Below, one piece after another: positions 17,765 through 26,378 of a DNA stretch of 64,000 bases. How positions within the stretch are numbered: the first letter of the stretch is position 1; each line of letters starts with the position of its first letter. Below the pieces are notes generated by a model, which saw only the letters and a list, made by a program, of their open reading frames with translations, did no database searches and was not told where the DNA came from. The stretch is taken from NCBI GenBank assembly GCA_035764725.1, contig DASTYT010000044.1, forward strand, positions 1 through 64,000. The letters run 5' to 3'. The position numbers and the translations under genes were made by a program. Source of the DNA: Candidatus Methylomirabilota bacterium. Lineage in GTDB: Bacteria > Methylomirabilota > Methylomirabilia > Rokubacteriales > CSP1-6.

Positions 17765-19450
17765 GTGGCGCTGTCTTTCGTGCTGACCGTGCTGGTGGCC
17801 CGGGGCGACGTCCCGGCCGGGCGTTCGCGCGCCGTGACGGTGCCCCTCGGCCTGCTCGGCCCGCTGGGCTTCCGGCTTGGCCGGGCGCTCGGGGTGTTCC
17901 TCCTCGGCGTGGTGCTGGTGGCGGGGTTCGCGGGGGATGCCTCGCCGGTGCGGAACATCGTGCCCACGCTCGTCTGGGTGGTCTGGTGGGTGGGGCTCTC
18001 GCTTCTGGTGGCCTTCATCGGAAACGCGTGGCCCGCCTTCGACCCGTGGCGCGCGCTCTTCGATGGCGTGGACGCGGTGGTCCGCCGGGCCCGGGGCGGG
18101 CGAGGCCTCGCACGCGGCCACCCGTATCCTGCAGCCCTCGGCCTCTGGCCCGCGGCTCTCCTGCTGCTCGCCGTCGGATGGTGCGAGCTGGTGGACCTCC
18201 GGGCGCCCGTGCCGCGCCACGTCGCGGCGCTGGCGCTCGGCTGGTCCGCGCTCACGTGGGCGGGCATGCTCTGCTTCGGCCCCGCGGTGTGGCAGGCGCG
18301 CGCCGATGTCTTCGCGGTGTACTTCACCGTGCTCGGCCGCTTCGCGCCGCTCGCCCCCACCGCGGACGGCCGCGCCCTCCGCCTGCGTCCATTGGGACGG
18401 GGACTCGTCGAGGCCGGGGACTCGCCGCCAGGCGGCGCCGCGTTCATCGTCGCGATGCTCGCCGTGGTGCTCTTCGATGGCCTGCTCGGCACGCGGCTCT
18501 GGCGCCTCATGGATGGCGCGGTGGACGCCTGGGCGCCCGGGCTGGATCAGGAGGGGTACGGACTCGCCACCGCCGGGCTCGTCACGGTGTGGCTGCTGCT
18601 GCTGGGCGCCTATCTCGCCGCCTGCCGCGTCACGTCCCGCATCCTGCCTGCGGCGGAGCGGCGGCGCCTGATCGCGCCCGCCTTCGTCTGGGCCCTGGTG
18701 CCGATCGCCGTCGGGTACGCCGTGGCGCACAACCTGGGCTATCTGCTCGTGCGCGGGCAGGATCTCATCCCCCTAATCTCGGATCCCCTCGGCCTCGGCT
18801 GGGATCTCTTCGGCACGGCGGACTGGACGCCCGACTTGCGCCTCGTGAGCCCCGGGTTCGAGTGGTACGTGGCGGTGAGCGCGGTGGTGGCGGGCCATGT
18901 GGTCTCGATCTGGCTCGCCCATCGTCTGATGCTCAACGTGGTGGACCGACCGCAGCGGGCCGCGCTCGCGTCCCTGCCGCTGACCATCCTGATGGTGGGC
19001 TACACCGCGGTCAGCCTCTGGATCATCGCGGAGCCGCTGGTACGGCTACCGGATGCAGATGCCTTGAAACCACATGCCGTTGTAGGCGAGGCAGGCGCAG
19101 GGCGCGCCCGGGTTCGCGCCGACCTCGAGCCGGCAGAGGCCGTAGTCCGTCCGGCACACGCGGGGATGGATGATGCAGGGGTAGTTGAAGGGCACGAGCA
19201 CGAAGAACGGCAGCTCGGGGCACTGCGGCGGCGCGGGCTGCTGCGCGAAGCCGTCACCGACGGTGCACAGCGCAGCCACGAGGACGAGCGCGGCGAGCCA
19301 GCGCATCGGCGCACCTCCGATCAGGGGCGGACGATGAGGTCGATCTCCACCGCGCCGCCGAGCGCGAGCGCCGTGACGCCCACCGTGGTCCGCGCGGGCA
19401 GGCGGCCCGGCGCGAAGTGGCTCGCGTACTCGGCATTGACCCCCGGATAG
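17765..19450 (+). CDS. Hypothetical polytopic membrane protein
   Basis: At least 10 hydrophobic helices. First in-frame start is GTG 17765. An RBS plus GTG at 17607 in another frame, joined to the in-frame upstream stretch, would encode a signal peptide (see findings). The last ~130 codons overlap antisense genes and may not be real. Confidence 0.5.
   Translation: MALSFVLTVLVARGDVPAGRSRAVTVPLGLLGPLGFRLGRALGVFLLGVVLVAGFAGDASPVRNIVPTLVWVVWWVGLSLLVAFIGNAWPAFDPWRALFDGVDAVVRRARGGRGLARGHPYPAALGLWPAALLLLAVGWCELVDLRAPVPRHVAALALGWSALTWAGMLCFGPAVWQARADVFAVYFTVLGRFAPLAPTADGRALRLRPLGRGLVEAGDSPPGGAAFIVAMLAVVLFDGLLGTRLWRLMDGAVDAWAPGLDQEGYGLATAGLVTVWLLLLGAYLAACRVTSRILPAAERRRLIAPAFVWALVPIAVGYAVAHNLGYLLVRGQDLIPLISDPLGLGWDLFGTADWTPDLRLVSPGFEWYVAVSAVVAGHVVSIWLAHRLMLNVVDRPQRAALASLPLTILMVGYTAVSLWIIAEPLVRLPDADALKPHAVVGEAGAGRARVRADLEPAEAVVRPAHAGMDDAGVVEGHEHEERQLGALRRRGLLREAVTDGAQRSHEDERGEPAHRRTSDQGRTMRSISTAPPSASAVTPTVVRAGRRPGAKWLAYSALTPG
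19046..19306 (-). CDS. Small cysteine-rich secreted protein (86 aa)
   Basis: GGAGGTG RBS, ATG at 19306, signal peptide MRWLAALVLVAALCTVGDGFA, and a mature region with 7 Cys. Lies antisense within ORF 17765..19450. Confidence 0.4.
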   Translation of the reverse strand: MRWLAALVLVAALCTVGDGFAQQPAPPQCPELPFFVLVPFNYPCIIHPRVCRTDYGLCRLEVGANPGAPCACLAYNGMWFQGICIR

Positions 19451-19710
19451 TCGGCGAAGTTCGTGAGGTAGATGCGCACCATCACCGCGCGGTCGAGGCT
19501 CGTGCCCGCGCCGCGCAGGACGGTCTTGAGGTTCTGCATGACCTGGCGCGTCTGGGCCACCGTGCCGCCCGGGACGAGCGCGCCCGTCCTCGGATCGACG
19601 CCGAGCTGACCGGTGACGAAGAGGAGATCGCCTGAGCGGACCGCGTGGCTGTACGCCGCAGTGGGCGGGGGCGGCGGCGCGTCCGCAAAGTTCAGGAACT
19701 CGGGATTCAT
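19321..19710 (-). CDS. ridA: RidA family protein (YjgF/TdcF-like reactive-intermediate deaminase)
   Basis: 129 aa with the YjgF signature (GQLG...G......Q......N...VL...G). Confidence 0.85.
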   Translation of the reverse strand: MNPEFLNFADAPPPPPTAAYSHAVRSGDLLFVTGQLGVDPRTGALVPGGTVAQTRQVMQNLKTVLRGAGTSLDRAVMVRIYLTNFADYPGVNAEYASHFAPGRLPARTTVGVTALALGGAVEIDLIVRP

Positions 19711-19786
19711 TCGGCGGACAGTCTATCAAACGGCCGCGTGGTATGGTCGAGACGGCCTGCTGTTCGGATCCAGAAAGGAGGCCGCC

Positions 19787-20599
19787 GTGCTTGCCCTTCC
19801 CCGTCGTCACCTCCTCCTCGGCCTGGCCGCGACGGCGGTTGCGCTGCGCGCGGCTTCGCCATCCGCGGCGCAGGCTCCGGCGAGCGCCGGACCGCCCGAC
19901 CCCGCTCTCGTCGAGGATCTGGTCGCCGCCAATCGCATTCTCGTGGATCAGGGCGTGGTCGACGGCTACGGGCATGTCAGCGCGCGGCACCCCGCCTCGG
20001 CCGAGCGCTATCTCATGGCGCGCTCGATCGCTCCCGAGCTGGTCACCGCCGCCGACATCATGGAGTACGACCTCGACAGCGTCCCGGTGGACGCGCGCGG
20101 CCGCGGGAGCTATCTCGAGCGCTTCATCCACGGCGAGATCTACCGGGCGCGCCCGGACGTGCGCGCGATCGTGCACAACCACTCGCCCTCGGTGATCCCG
20201 TTCGGTGTCACCGGCGTGCCGCTGCGCCCGCTGTATCACATGAGCGCGTTCCTCGCGGGCGGCGTGCCGGTGTTCGACATTCGCCAGGCGTCGGGTGGCA
20301 TGACCGACATGCTGGTTCGCGACGCCGCCCTCGGCCGCGCCCTGGCCCGCACCCTCGGGCCCGCGCCCGTCGCGCTGATGCGCGGTCACGGCGCCGTGGC
20401 GGTGGGACCCTCGCTCCCGGTGGTCGTGTTCCGCAGTGTGTACACTGAGGTGAACGCGCGGCTGCAGGCCCAGGCGATGGCGCTCGGTGGGACGGTGACG
20501 TACCTCGATCCCGAGGAGGCGCGGCGGGCCGAGGCGTCGATCACCGGGACCATCGCGCGCCCGTGGGAGCTGTGGAAGCGCAAGGCGCAGGGGCCATAG
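19787..20599 (+). CDS. Class II aldolase/adducin family protein with Tat-like signal
   Basis: GTG at 19787 after an AAAGGAGG RBS. 'PRRHLLLGLAATAVALRAA' resembles a twin-arginine signal. The aldolase_II core contains 'GYGHVSARH'. Confidence 0.7.
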   Translation: MLALPRRHLLLGLAATAVALRAASPSAAQAPASAGPPDPALVEDLVAANRILVDQGVVDGYGHVSARHPASAERYLMARSIAPELVTAADIMEYDLDSVPVDARGRGSYLERFIHGEIYRARPDVRAIVHNHSPSVIPFGVTGVPLRPLYHMSAFLAGGVPVFDIRQASGGMTDMLVRDAALGRALARTLGPAPVALMRGHGAVAVGPSLPVVVFRSVYTEVNARLQAQAMALGGTVTYLDPEEARRAEASITGTIARPWELWKRKAQGP

Positions 20600-20615
20600 C
20601 GGACGCGGAGGGCAC

Positions 20616-21659
20616 GTGAGCGATCGGCAGAACGAGCAGGAGCTGCTCGGGGACCTCCGCAAGATGAGTGAGCGCCTGGCCGCGCTCGAGCGTCTGACCG
20701 TCGCGCATCAGCGCGAGTACGAGCGGCTGCGCGACCGCGCGGAGCTCTATCGGCAGCTCGTGGAGAACAGCCAGGGCCTCGTCTGCAGCCACGACCTCGA
20801 GGGCAACCTCCTCTACGTGAGCCCCGCCTCCGCGTGGGAGCTCGGCTATGCGCCCGAGGACGGCGTGGGCCGCAACCTCCGCGAGTTCCTGGCGCCGTCG
20901 GTGCGCGTCTTCTTCGGCGCGTACCTCGACCGGATCCGCGAGAAGGAGGCCGACCGCGGGGTCCTGCGCCTGGTGAGCCGCGACGGCCAGGAGCGGCTGT
21001 GGGCGTACCGCAACGCGCTCGTGCGGCCCCCCGACCGCGAGCCCTACGTGATCGGCCACGCGGTGGACATCACGGATCGCATCCAGATCGAGGCGCGTCT
21101 CCGCGAGGGCGAGGAGCGGCATCGCGCGGTGATCGACGCGCTCGAGGAGGGCGTGATCCTCGAGAGCGCCGACGGCAGCCTGTCCGGCTGGAATCCCAGC
21201 GCGGAGCGCATCCTCGGTCCTTCCCTCACTGTGTTCGGCGTGGGCGCCCTGCGCGCCGACGGCACCCCGTTTCCGCGCGACGAGCAGCCGGACGCAGTGG
21301 CCCTCCGCACCGGCCAGGCCTCTCCGCGCGTCGTCATGGGCGTGCTCCGGCCGGGCGCCGATCCCCTGTGGATCTCGGTGAGTGCTCGGCCGCTGTTCCG
21401 CTCGGGAGAGACGACCCCGCACGGCGTGGTGCTGTCGTTCGCGGAGACCGTGCGGCCCGCGCATCCGGCGGCCGCGCCGGACAAGCCGCGCGGCGGCCTC
21501 CTGCCGATCTGCGCGTCGTGCAAGAAGATCCGGGGCGACGACGGCGAGTGGTGGCCGGTCGAGGTCTACCTCCGTGAGCACAGCGAGATCACGTTCAGCC
21601 ACGACCTCTGCGCGGACTGCGCGCGACACGTGCGCGCGCGCTTCCATCTCCTCGAGTGA
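20616..21659 (+). CDS. PAS-domain sensor protein with C-terminal Cys-rich (ICASCKKIR…HDLCADC) domain
   Basis: N-terminal coiled coil, two PAS folds, and a C-terminal 'LPICASCKKIRGDDGEWWPVEVYLREHSEITFSHDLCADC' putative metal-binding module. Confidence 0.75.
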   Translation: MSDRQNEQELLGDLRKMSERLAALERLTVAHQREYERLRDRAELYRQLVENSQGLVCSHDLEGNLLYVSPASAWELGYAPEDGVGRNLREFLAPSVRVFFGAYLDRIREKEADRGVLRLVSRDGQERLWAYRNALVRPPDREPYVIGHAVDITDRIQIEARLREGEERHRAVIDALEEGVILESADGSLSGWNPSAERILGPSLTVFGVGALRADGTPFPRDEQPDAVALRTGQASPRVVMGVLRPGADPLWISVSARPLFRSGETTPHGVVLSFAETVRPAHPAAAPDKPRGGLLPICASCKKIRGDDGEWWPVEVYLREHSEITFSHDLCADCARHVRARFHLLE

Positions 21660-21669
21660 CGCGCGACGG

Positions 21670-22242
21670 CTAGCCGCGCCCGGCCGCCAGCGGCGGCGGG
21701 CCCAGCCGATCGCGCGGCTGGGCGGCGAGGGCGAGCACCGTCGTCACCAGGGCGTCGAGGGCGGCCATCGCGAGGGGATCCGCGAGCTTGCCTTCCTTGA
21801 AGTGCGCCGATTCCAGATAGATGCTGGTCGGCGCCGTCAGCGCGCCGAACCACGCCAGGACCGTGCGGAGATGCCAGTCGACGCCGAGATAGTGATGGGT
21901 CGAGGCTCCCATCGCGACGATGCCCACCGGTTTGCCACGCAGCGCCTCGACCGGGGTGAGGTCGAGGAGATTCTTGAGCGCGCCGGTGAAGGTCCCGCGA
22001 TACACGGGCGTCGCCAGCAGCACCGCGTCAGCGTCGGCGAGCGCGCGCACGAGTCGCGGCCCGTCGTCGGTGAGGCTCTCGAGCGGGCGACCGTCGGCGA
22101 AGCCGAGGCGGTGGTCGGCCAGGCTCAGCAGGGTCGCGGTGACGCCGGGCCGCGCGGTGGCCGCGTCCACCGCGGCCTGCATCGCCGCGTTGAGCCGGCC
22201 CGGGGGCGTGACCGCGCCCACCAGGGCGACGAGCCGCGGCAT
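21670..22242 (-). CDS. ssuE: NADPH-dependent FMN reductase (SsuE-like)
   Basis: 190 aa flavodoxin-like reductase. Start codon overlaps the ssuD stop (TGATG). Confidence 0.7.
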   Translation of the reverse strand: MPRLVALVGAVTPPGRLNAAMQAAVDAATARPGVTATLLSLADHRLGFADGRPLESLTDDGPRLVRALADADAVLLATPVYRGTFTGALKNLLDLTPVEALRGKPVGIVAMGASTHHYLGVDWHLRTVLAWFGALTAPTSIYLESAHFKEGKLADPLAMAALDALVTTVLALAAQPRDRLGPPPLAAGRG

Positions 22243-23327
22243 CAGACCGCCGCGGGCTCGCGATCGCGGCGGGCTACTTCGGCGCGCACGAGCGGGATCA
22301 ACTCGCGGCCGTACTCGGCGGCATCGGCGAGGGGATCGAAGCCGCGGATGAGCAGGGTGGTGACGCCGAGGTCGTAGTAGTCCATCAGCGCCTCCGCCAC
22401 CTGCTCGGGCGTGCCCACGAGCGCGGTGGTGTTGCCGGAGCCCCCCATTGCCGCGGCGATGGGCGTCCAGAGGCGCTTGTCGTGCACCTCGCCCTGGCGC
22501 GCGAACTCCACCAGCCGCTTGGCGCCGACCGCCTCGGGCGGCGGGAGGGTGCGATCGGGCTGCTTGGCCTGGACGGCGGCGAGGATGCGCTGTGCCTTGT
22601 CCCACGCCTGCGCCTCGGTGGGCGCGATGATCGGGCGCAGCGACACGCTGATGCGCGGCGCGCGGCCCGCGCGGGCGCCCGCCTCGCGGACGTCGGCGAT
22701 GCGCTGCTTGATGGCGGCGAGCGGCTCGCCCCACAGCATGTAGACGTCGCAGTGCTTGACGCCGATGGCGTGCGCGGCCTCGGAAGCACCTCCGAAGTAG
22801 AGAGGAATGTGCGGCTTCTGCACGGGCTTGATCTCGGAGTACGCCCGGGCCACCCGGTAGAACTCGCCCTCGTGATCGAAGGCCTGCTCTTCCGTCCAGG
22901 TCCGCCGCAACAGGGTCAGGTACTCGTCGGTGCGGCGATAGCGCGTGTCGTGGTCGAGCCAGTCGCCGTCCTTGGCCTGGTCCGAGTCGCTGCCGCCGGT
23001 GATGATGTGCAGGGCCACCCGCCCGTCCGTGAACTGGTCGAGGGTCGCCGCCTTCCGCGCGGCGAGCGTGGGCGCCACGAAGCCGGGGCGGTGCGCGATC
23101 AGGAAGGTGAGGCGCTCGGTGTGGGTGGCGGCATAGGCGGATACGAGGAAGCCGTCGGCGGCCGCGGTGGTGTAGCCCACCAGCACCTTGTCGAAGTCGG
23201 CCCGCTCGTGCGCCTGCGAGAAGTCGCGTAGCCAGTCGCGATCGATGGCGCCGCCGATCACGTGCACCGCGGCGCCGTCCGCGCCCTCGGGCCGCACCCC
23301 GATCATTCCGATGAGCTCCACGGGCAT
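22242..23327 (-). CDS. ssuD: Alkanesulfonate monooxygenase (LLM class, FMNH2-dependent)
   Basis: Close match to SsuD over 'LTFLIAHRPGFVAPTLAARKAATLDQFTDGRVALHIITGG'. The ORF upstream of 23327 is an artefact. Confidence 0.8.
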   Translation of the reverse strand: MPVELIGMIGVRPEGADGAAVHVIGGAIDRDWLRDFSQAHERADFDKVLVGYTTAAADGFLVSAYAATHTERLTFLIAHRPGFVAPTLAARKAATLDQFTDGRVALHIITGGSDSDQAKDGDWLDHDTRYRRTDEYLTLLRRTWTEEQAFDHEGEFYRVARAYSEIKPVQKPHIPLYFGGASEAAHAIGVKHCDVYMLWGEPLAAIKQRIADVREAGARAGRAPRISVSLRPIIAPTEAQAWDKAQRILAAVQAKQPDRTLPPPEAVGAKRLVEFARQGEVHDKRLWTPIAAAMGGSGNTTALVGTPEQVAEALMDYYDLGVTTLLIRGFDPLADAAEYGRELIPLVRAEVARRDREPAAV

Positions 23328-23362
23328 CTTGGGCGAAATATTACGCTCGGGCTCCGGGGCCT

Positions 23363-24586
23363 TCAAGGGTGGGCGGCGATCGCGGCGGCGATGCGCTCGG
23401 CGTCCTCGCCCACGCCGCAAAGCACCGAGGACTTGAGCTTGGAGAGCCACGGCAGTCCGAGAAAGTAGAAGCCCGGGCGCGCGGTGAAGCCTTCCCGGTG
23501 CACGGCGTCCCCGGCGGCGTCGAGCACGGGCAGCCGGACCCAGCCGAAGTCGGGACGGAAGCCGGTGGCCCAGATCGCGCTGGTGATGCCTCGGGCGCGG
23601 AGGTCGAGGACCGGCGGCGTGGGCGGGAGTGAGTCGATCGGGAGGCGATCGAGTCGCTCGTCCGCGCGCGGAGGTCCCAGGCCCTCGCGGAGCGCCCACT
23701 CGTCGGCGCCGCGCGCGAACGCCGTCATGCCCTCGTCGCCGCGGGCGATCTCGGCCGCCGCGTCGTCGGCGAAGTAAAGGTGTCCCTCGCGTGCGCCGCG
23801 CAGGTGGCCGAGCAGCGTCATGCCCTGGCGCGGATACTCGCGGAGATCGATGGTATGGCCACCCGTCGCGCCGGTCACCAGCGGGTTCGGTGTGCCGCGC
23901 GCGTCGGGACGCTCGGCCAGCCTCTGGTCGAGCGCGCCCATGCGCTCGATCCACCAGAACACGTCGCGCCCGCGATAGCGACGCGGCACCCGCCGGTGCC
24001 GACCCACGGAGAGGAAGACGGTGCGCCCGGCGGCGGCGAGGTCCTCCGCGATCTGGCAGCCCGACGCCCCCGAGCCGACCACGAGCACCGCGCCGGGCGG
24101 CAATGCACCCGGATTCCGGTAGTGGCTGGAGTGGACCTGCACGATCTCCCGAGGGATGTCGGCTGCCGCCGGTGGCAGCGCCGGCTCGCGGTAGGGGCCG
24201 GTAGCCGACACGACGTGGACGGCCTCGTAGTCGCCCGCATTGGTCTCGACCAGGTGACGGGCCCCGCGCGCCGACACGGCCCGCACGGTCACGCCCTCGC
24301 GTATCGGCGCGGCAATCTTGGCGCGGTACTCCTCGAGGAAGCGCACCACCTCGTCGCGCGGGGCGAAGCCCTCCGGGTCGTCGCCCCCGTAGTCATGGCC
24401 CGGCAGCCGCATGCTCCAGCTGGGGAACTGGAAGGTGAGGGAGTCCCAGCGCTCGCTACGCCAGCTCTCCGCCACGCGGGCCCGCTCGAGGATCAGGTGC
24501 TCGCGGCCCCGCGCGCGGAGGTGATGGCTGAGCGCCAGGGCCGCCTGACCTCCACCCACGATGAGTGTTTCAATTCGCTCCGGCAC
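23363..24586 (-). CDS. FAD/NAD(P)-binding flavin-containing monooxygenase-like oxidoreductase
   Basis: GGGQAA dinucleotide motif and a second GSGASG motif. FMO/pyridine-nucleotide-disulfide oxidoreductase family. Confidence 0.7.
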   Translation of the reverse strand: MPERIETLIVGGGQAALALSHHLRARGREHLILERARVAESWRSERWDSLTFQFPSWSMRLPGHDYGGDDPEGFAPRDEVVRFLEEYRAKIAAPIREGVTVRAVSARGARHLVETNAGDYEAVHVVSATGPYREPALPPAAADIPREIVQVHSSHYRNPGALPPGAVLVVGSGASGCQIAEDLAAAGRTVFLSVGRHRRVPRRYRGRDVFWWIERMGALDQRLAERPDARGTPNPLVTGATGGHTIDLREYPRQGMTLLGHLRGAREGHLYFADDAAAEIARGDEGMTAFARGADEWALREGLGPPRADERLDRLPIDSLPPTPPVLDLRARGITSAIWATGFRPDFGWVRLPVLDAAGDAVHREGFTARPGFYFLGLPWLSKLKSSVLCGVGEDAERIAAAIAAHP

Positions 24587-24619
24587 ACTCAGATCCTAGT
24601 ATGCTGTGGCGACCAGACC

Positions 24620-25306
24620 ATGCGCCGATTTGCCCCCATCGGCCTCGTCGCGCTGGCGCTGCTGGCGGCCGGCGGGACCGTATACGGACAGAGCCGTGAT
24701 ACGGCCATCGAGCCGGACCACCGGCGCTTCGCCGAGCAATACGTGGCGGCGGCTCGCGCCCGGGACGCGGTGCGGTACCGGAAGCTCATCCACCCCAAGT
24801 CGCTGGAATGCATCACCGACGACAACCGCGACTTCTTCGACGACTGGACGGCGCGCGCGTTCCGGTGGAAATGGGAGGGCCCCTACCGCATCGCGGCGGT
24901 GCGGGCGCTCGCCAAGGATGCGTCGCCGGCCATGCCCGCGAGCATGGGCCGCTATCCCGTGGCCCCGACCCATCAGATCCAGATCGACCTCCAGATGAGC
25001 GCGACGCGCGCGGGGACTCTCCTCGCCGAGATCGCCCCGGTCGGGGCGATCTGGTACCAGGTGGTGCCGTGTCCCACCGCCCAGGGCCTCGCCGCCTTTC
25101 GCTCGACGAAGCAGGCCAATGCCGCGCAGGAGGCGAAGGCGCAGTCCCTCGCCCAGGGGCTTGCCGCGCCGCTGCGCGTGGAGCTGCTGGGGCTCCTCAA
25201 GGACGGCAAGCGCATCGACGCCATGCGCCGCTTCGCCGCGGAGACCGGCGAGGATATCACGACCGCACGCCGGGTCATCGACGTGCTGGAGGCGGGGGCG
25301 AAGTAA
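24620..25306 (+). CDS. Secreted hypothetical protein
   Basis: ATG at 24620 with signal peptide MRRFAPIGLVALALLAAGGTVYG. The C-terminal ~35 aa resemble the bL12 C-terminal fold. Confidence 0.55.
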   Translation: MRRFAPIGLVALALLAAGGTVYGQSRDTAIEPDHRRFAEQYVAAARARDAVRYRKLIHPKSLECITDDNRDFFDDWTARAFRWKWEGPYRIAAVRALAKDASPAMPASMGRYPVAPTHQIQIDLQMSATRAGTLLAEIAPVGAIWYQVVPCPTAQGLAAFRSTKQANAAQEAKAQSLAQGLAAPLRVELLGLLKDGKRIDAMRRFAAETGEDITTARRVIDVLEAGAK

Positions 25307-25307
25307 G

Positions 25308-26363
25308 CTACGCGCGCGCGGGCGGGAGCGCGACGGTGCGCCCGGTCGCGCTCGACTCGAGCGCGGCAGCCAGGATCTCCTGCACGTCGCGGCCCACCTC
25401 GGGCGCGCAGAGCCCGGTGATGGGCCGGCCGTCGCGCAGCCGCGCGAGGAAATACGACACCCCGTCGCGCTCGCCGGCGGGCAGCTCGGGCGGCTCGATC
25501 GTCTCGCTGCCGTCCACCCGCACGATCTGGACGCGGCCCCCGCCGACCTTGTGCCCCTCGTGGGTCGGGCGCGGCTGATGCACGATCAGCGTGCCGGTGT
25601 CGCCGTAGACGATGAAGGCGAAGCCGGGCTCGCCGCCGATCTGCGTCCACGAGCCCTCCAGCGTCGCGAGCGCGTGCGGATAACGCAGGACCACCACCGC
25701 GTTGTCCTCCGAGGGGAGGTCCTTCTTGCGGAGATGCGCGGCCACCGCGGTGACGGACTCGGGCCGGCCGAGCAGCGTGCGGGCGAGGATGCCGCCGTAG
25801 CCGCAGTAGTCCACGAGGGCGCCGCCGCCGTTCCGGGCGGGATCATAGAGCCACGCGCAGAATTGCTCCGAGCAGCCGAATTCACGGGGGCCCCGATGGC
25901 CGCCGCGATGGGCGAGCTGCACGGGCTCGCCAACCGCGCCGCCGCTCACCAGGGCAACCCCGTGGCGCAGAGCCGGTCGCCACGCGGTGGGCCAGTTCAC
26001 CATGAGGGGCCGGCCCGCGACACGGGCCGCGGCCACGAGGGCGTCGGCGCCCGCCAGATCCGCGGCCATGGGCTTCTCGACCATCACGGGGAAGCCGCGG
26101 CCGAGGGCGCGCGCGCCCCACTCCGCGGACGCGCGGTTGTCGGTGAAGCAGAGGATGGTGTCGAGATCGCGGCGCTCGAGCAGCGCCGCGAAGTCGGTCA
26201 GCGCCGCCGCCCCCCCGTGCTCGCGGGCGAGGCGCTCGCGCAACCGCGGGTCGGGCTCGGCCACCGCCGCGAGCACGCCCTGGTCGCCCGCGGCGATCGC
26301 CGCGAGATTGGACCAGACGTGGTCGTGGCTGAGCCCGAGGACGCCGACCCGCAGCCGAGTCAC
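25308..26363 (-). CDS. Gfo/Idh/MocA family oxidoreductase
   Basis: N-terminal Rossmann 'RVGVLGLSHDH' and a GFO_IDH_MocA C-terminal domain. Confidence 0.8.
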   Translation of the reverse strand: MTRLRVGVLGLSHDHVWSNLAAIAAGDQGVLAAVAEPDPRLRERLAREHGGAAALTDFAALLERRDLDTILCFTDNRASAEWGARALGRGFPVMVEKPMAADLAGADALVAAARVAGRPLMVNWPTAWRPALRHGVALVSGGAVGEPVQLAHRGGHRGPREFGCSEQFCAWLYDPARNGGGALVDYCGYGGILARTLLGRPESVTAVAAHLRKKDLPSEDNAVVVLRYPHALATLEGSWTQIGGEPGFAFIVYGDTGTLIVHQPRPTHEGHKVGGGRVQIVRVDGSETIEPPELPAGERDGVSYFLARLRDGRPITGLCAPEVGRDVQEILAAALESSATGRTVALPPARA

Positions 26364-26378
26364 GAGGGAGGTGCCGTC

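Noticed and set aside
16184-19173. Long Arg-rich ORFs (16184..17596 +, 17462..18730 -, 17593..19173 +, 17713..18510 -)
   Set aside because: They overlap well-supported ACAD and membrane-protein genes in other frames or strands and have Arg/Pro/Gly composition typical of GC-rich non-coding frames.
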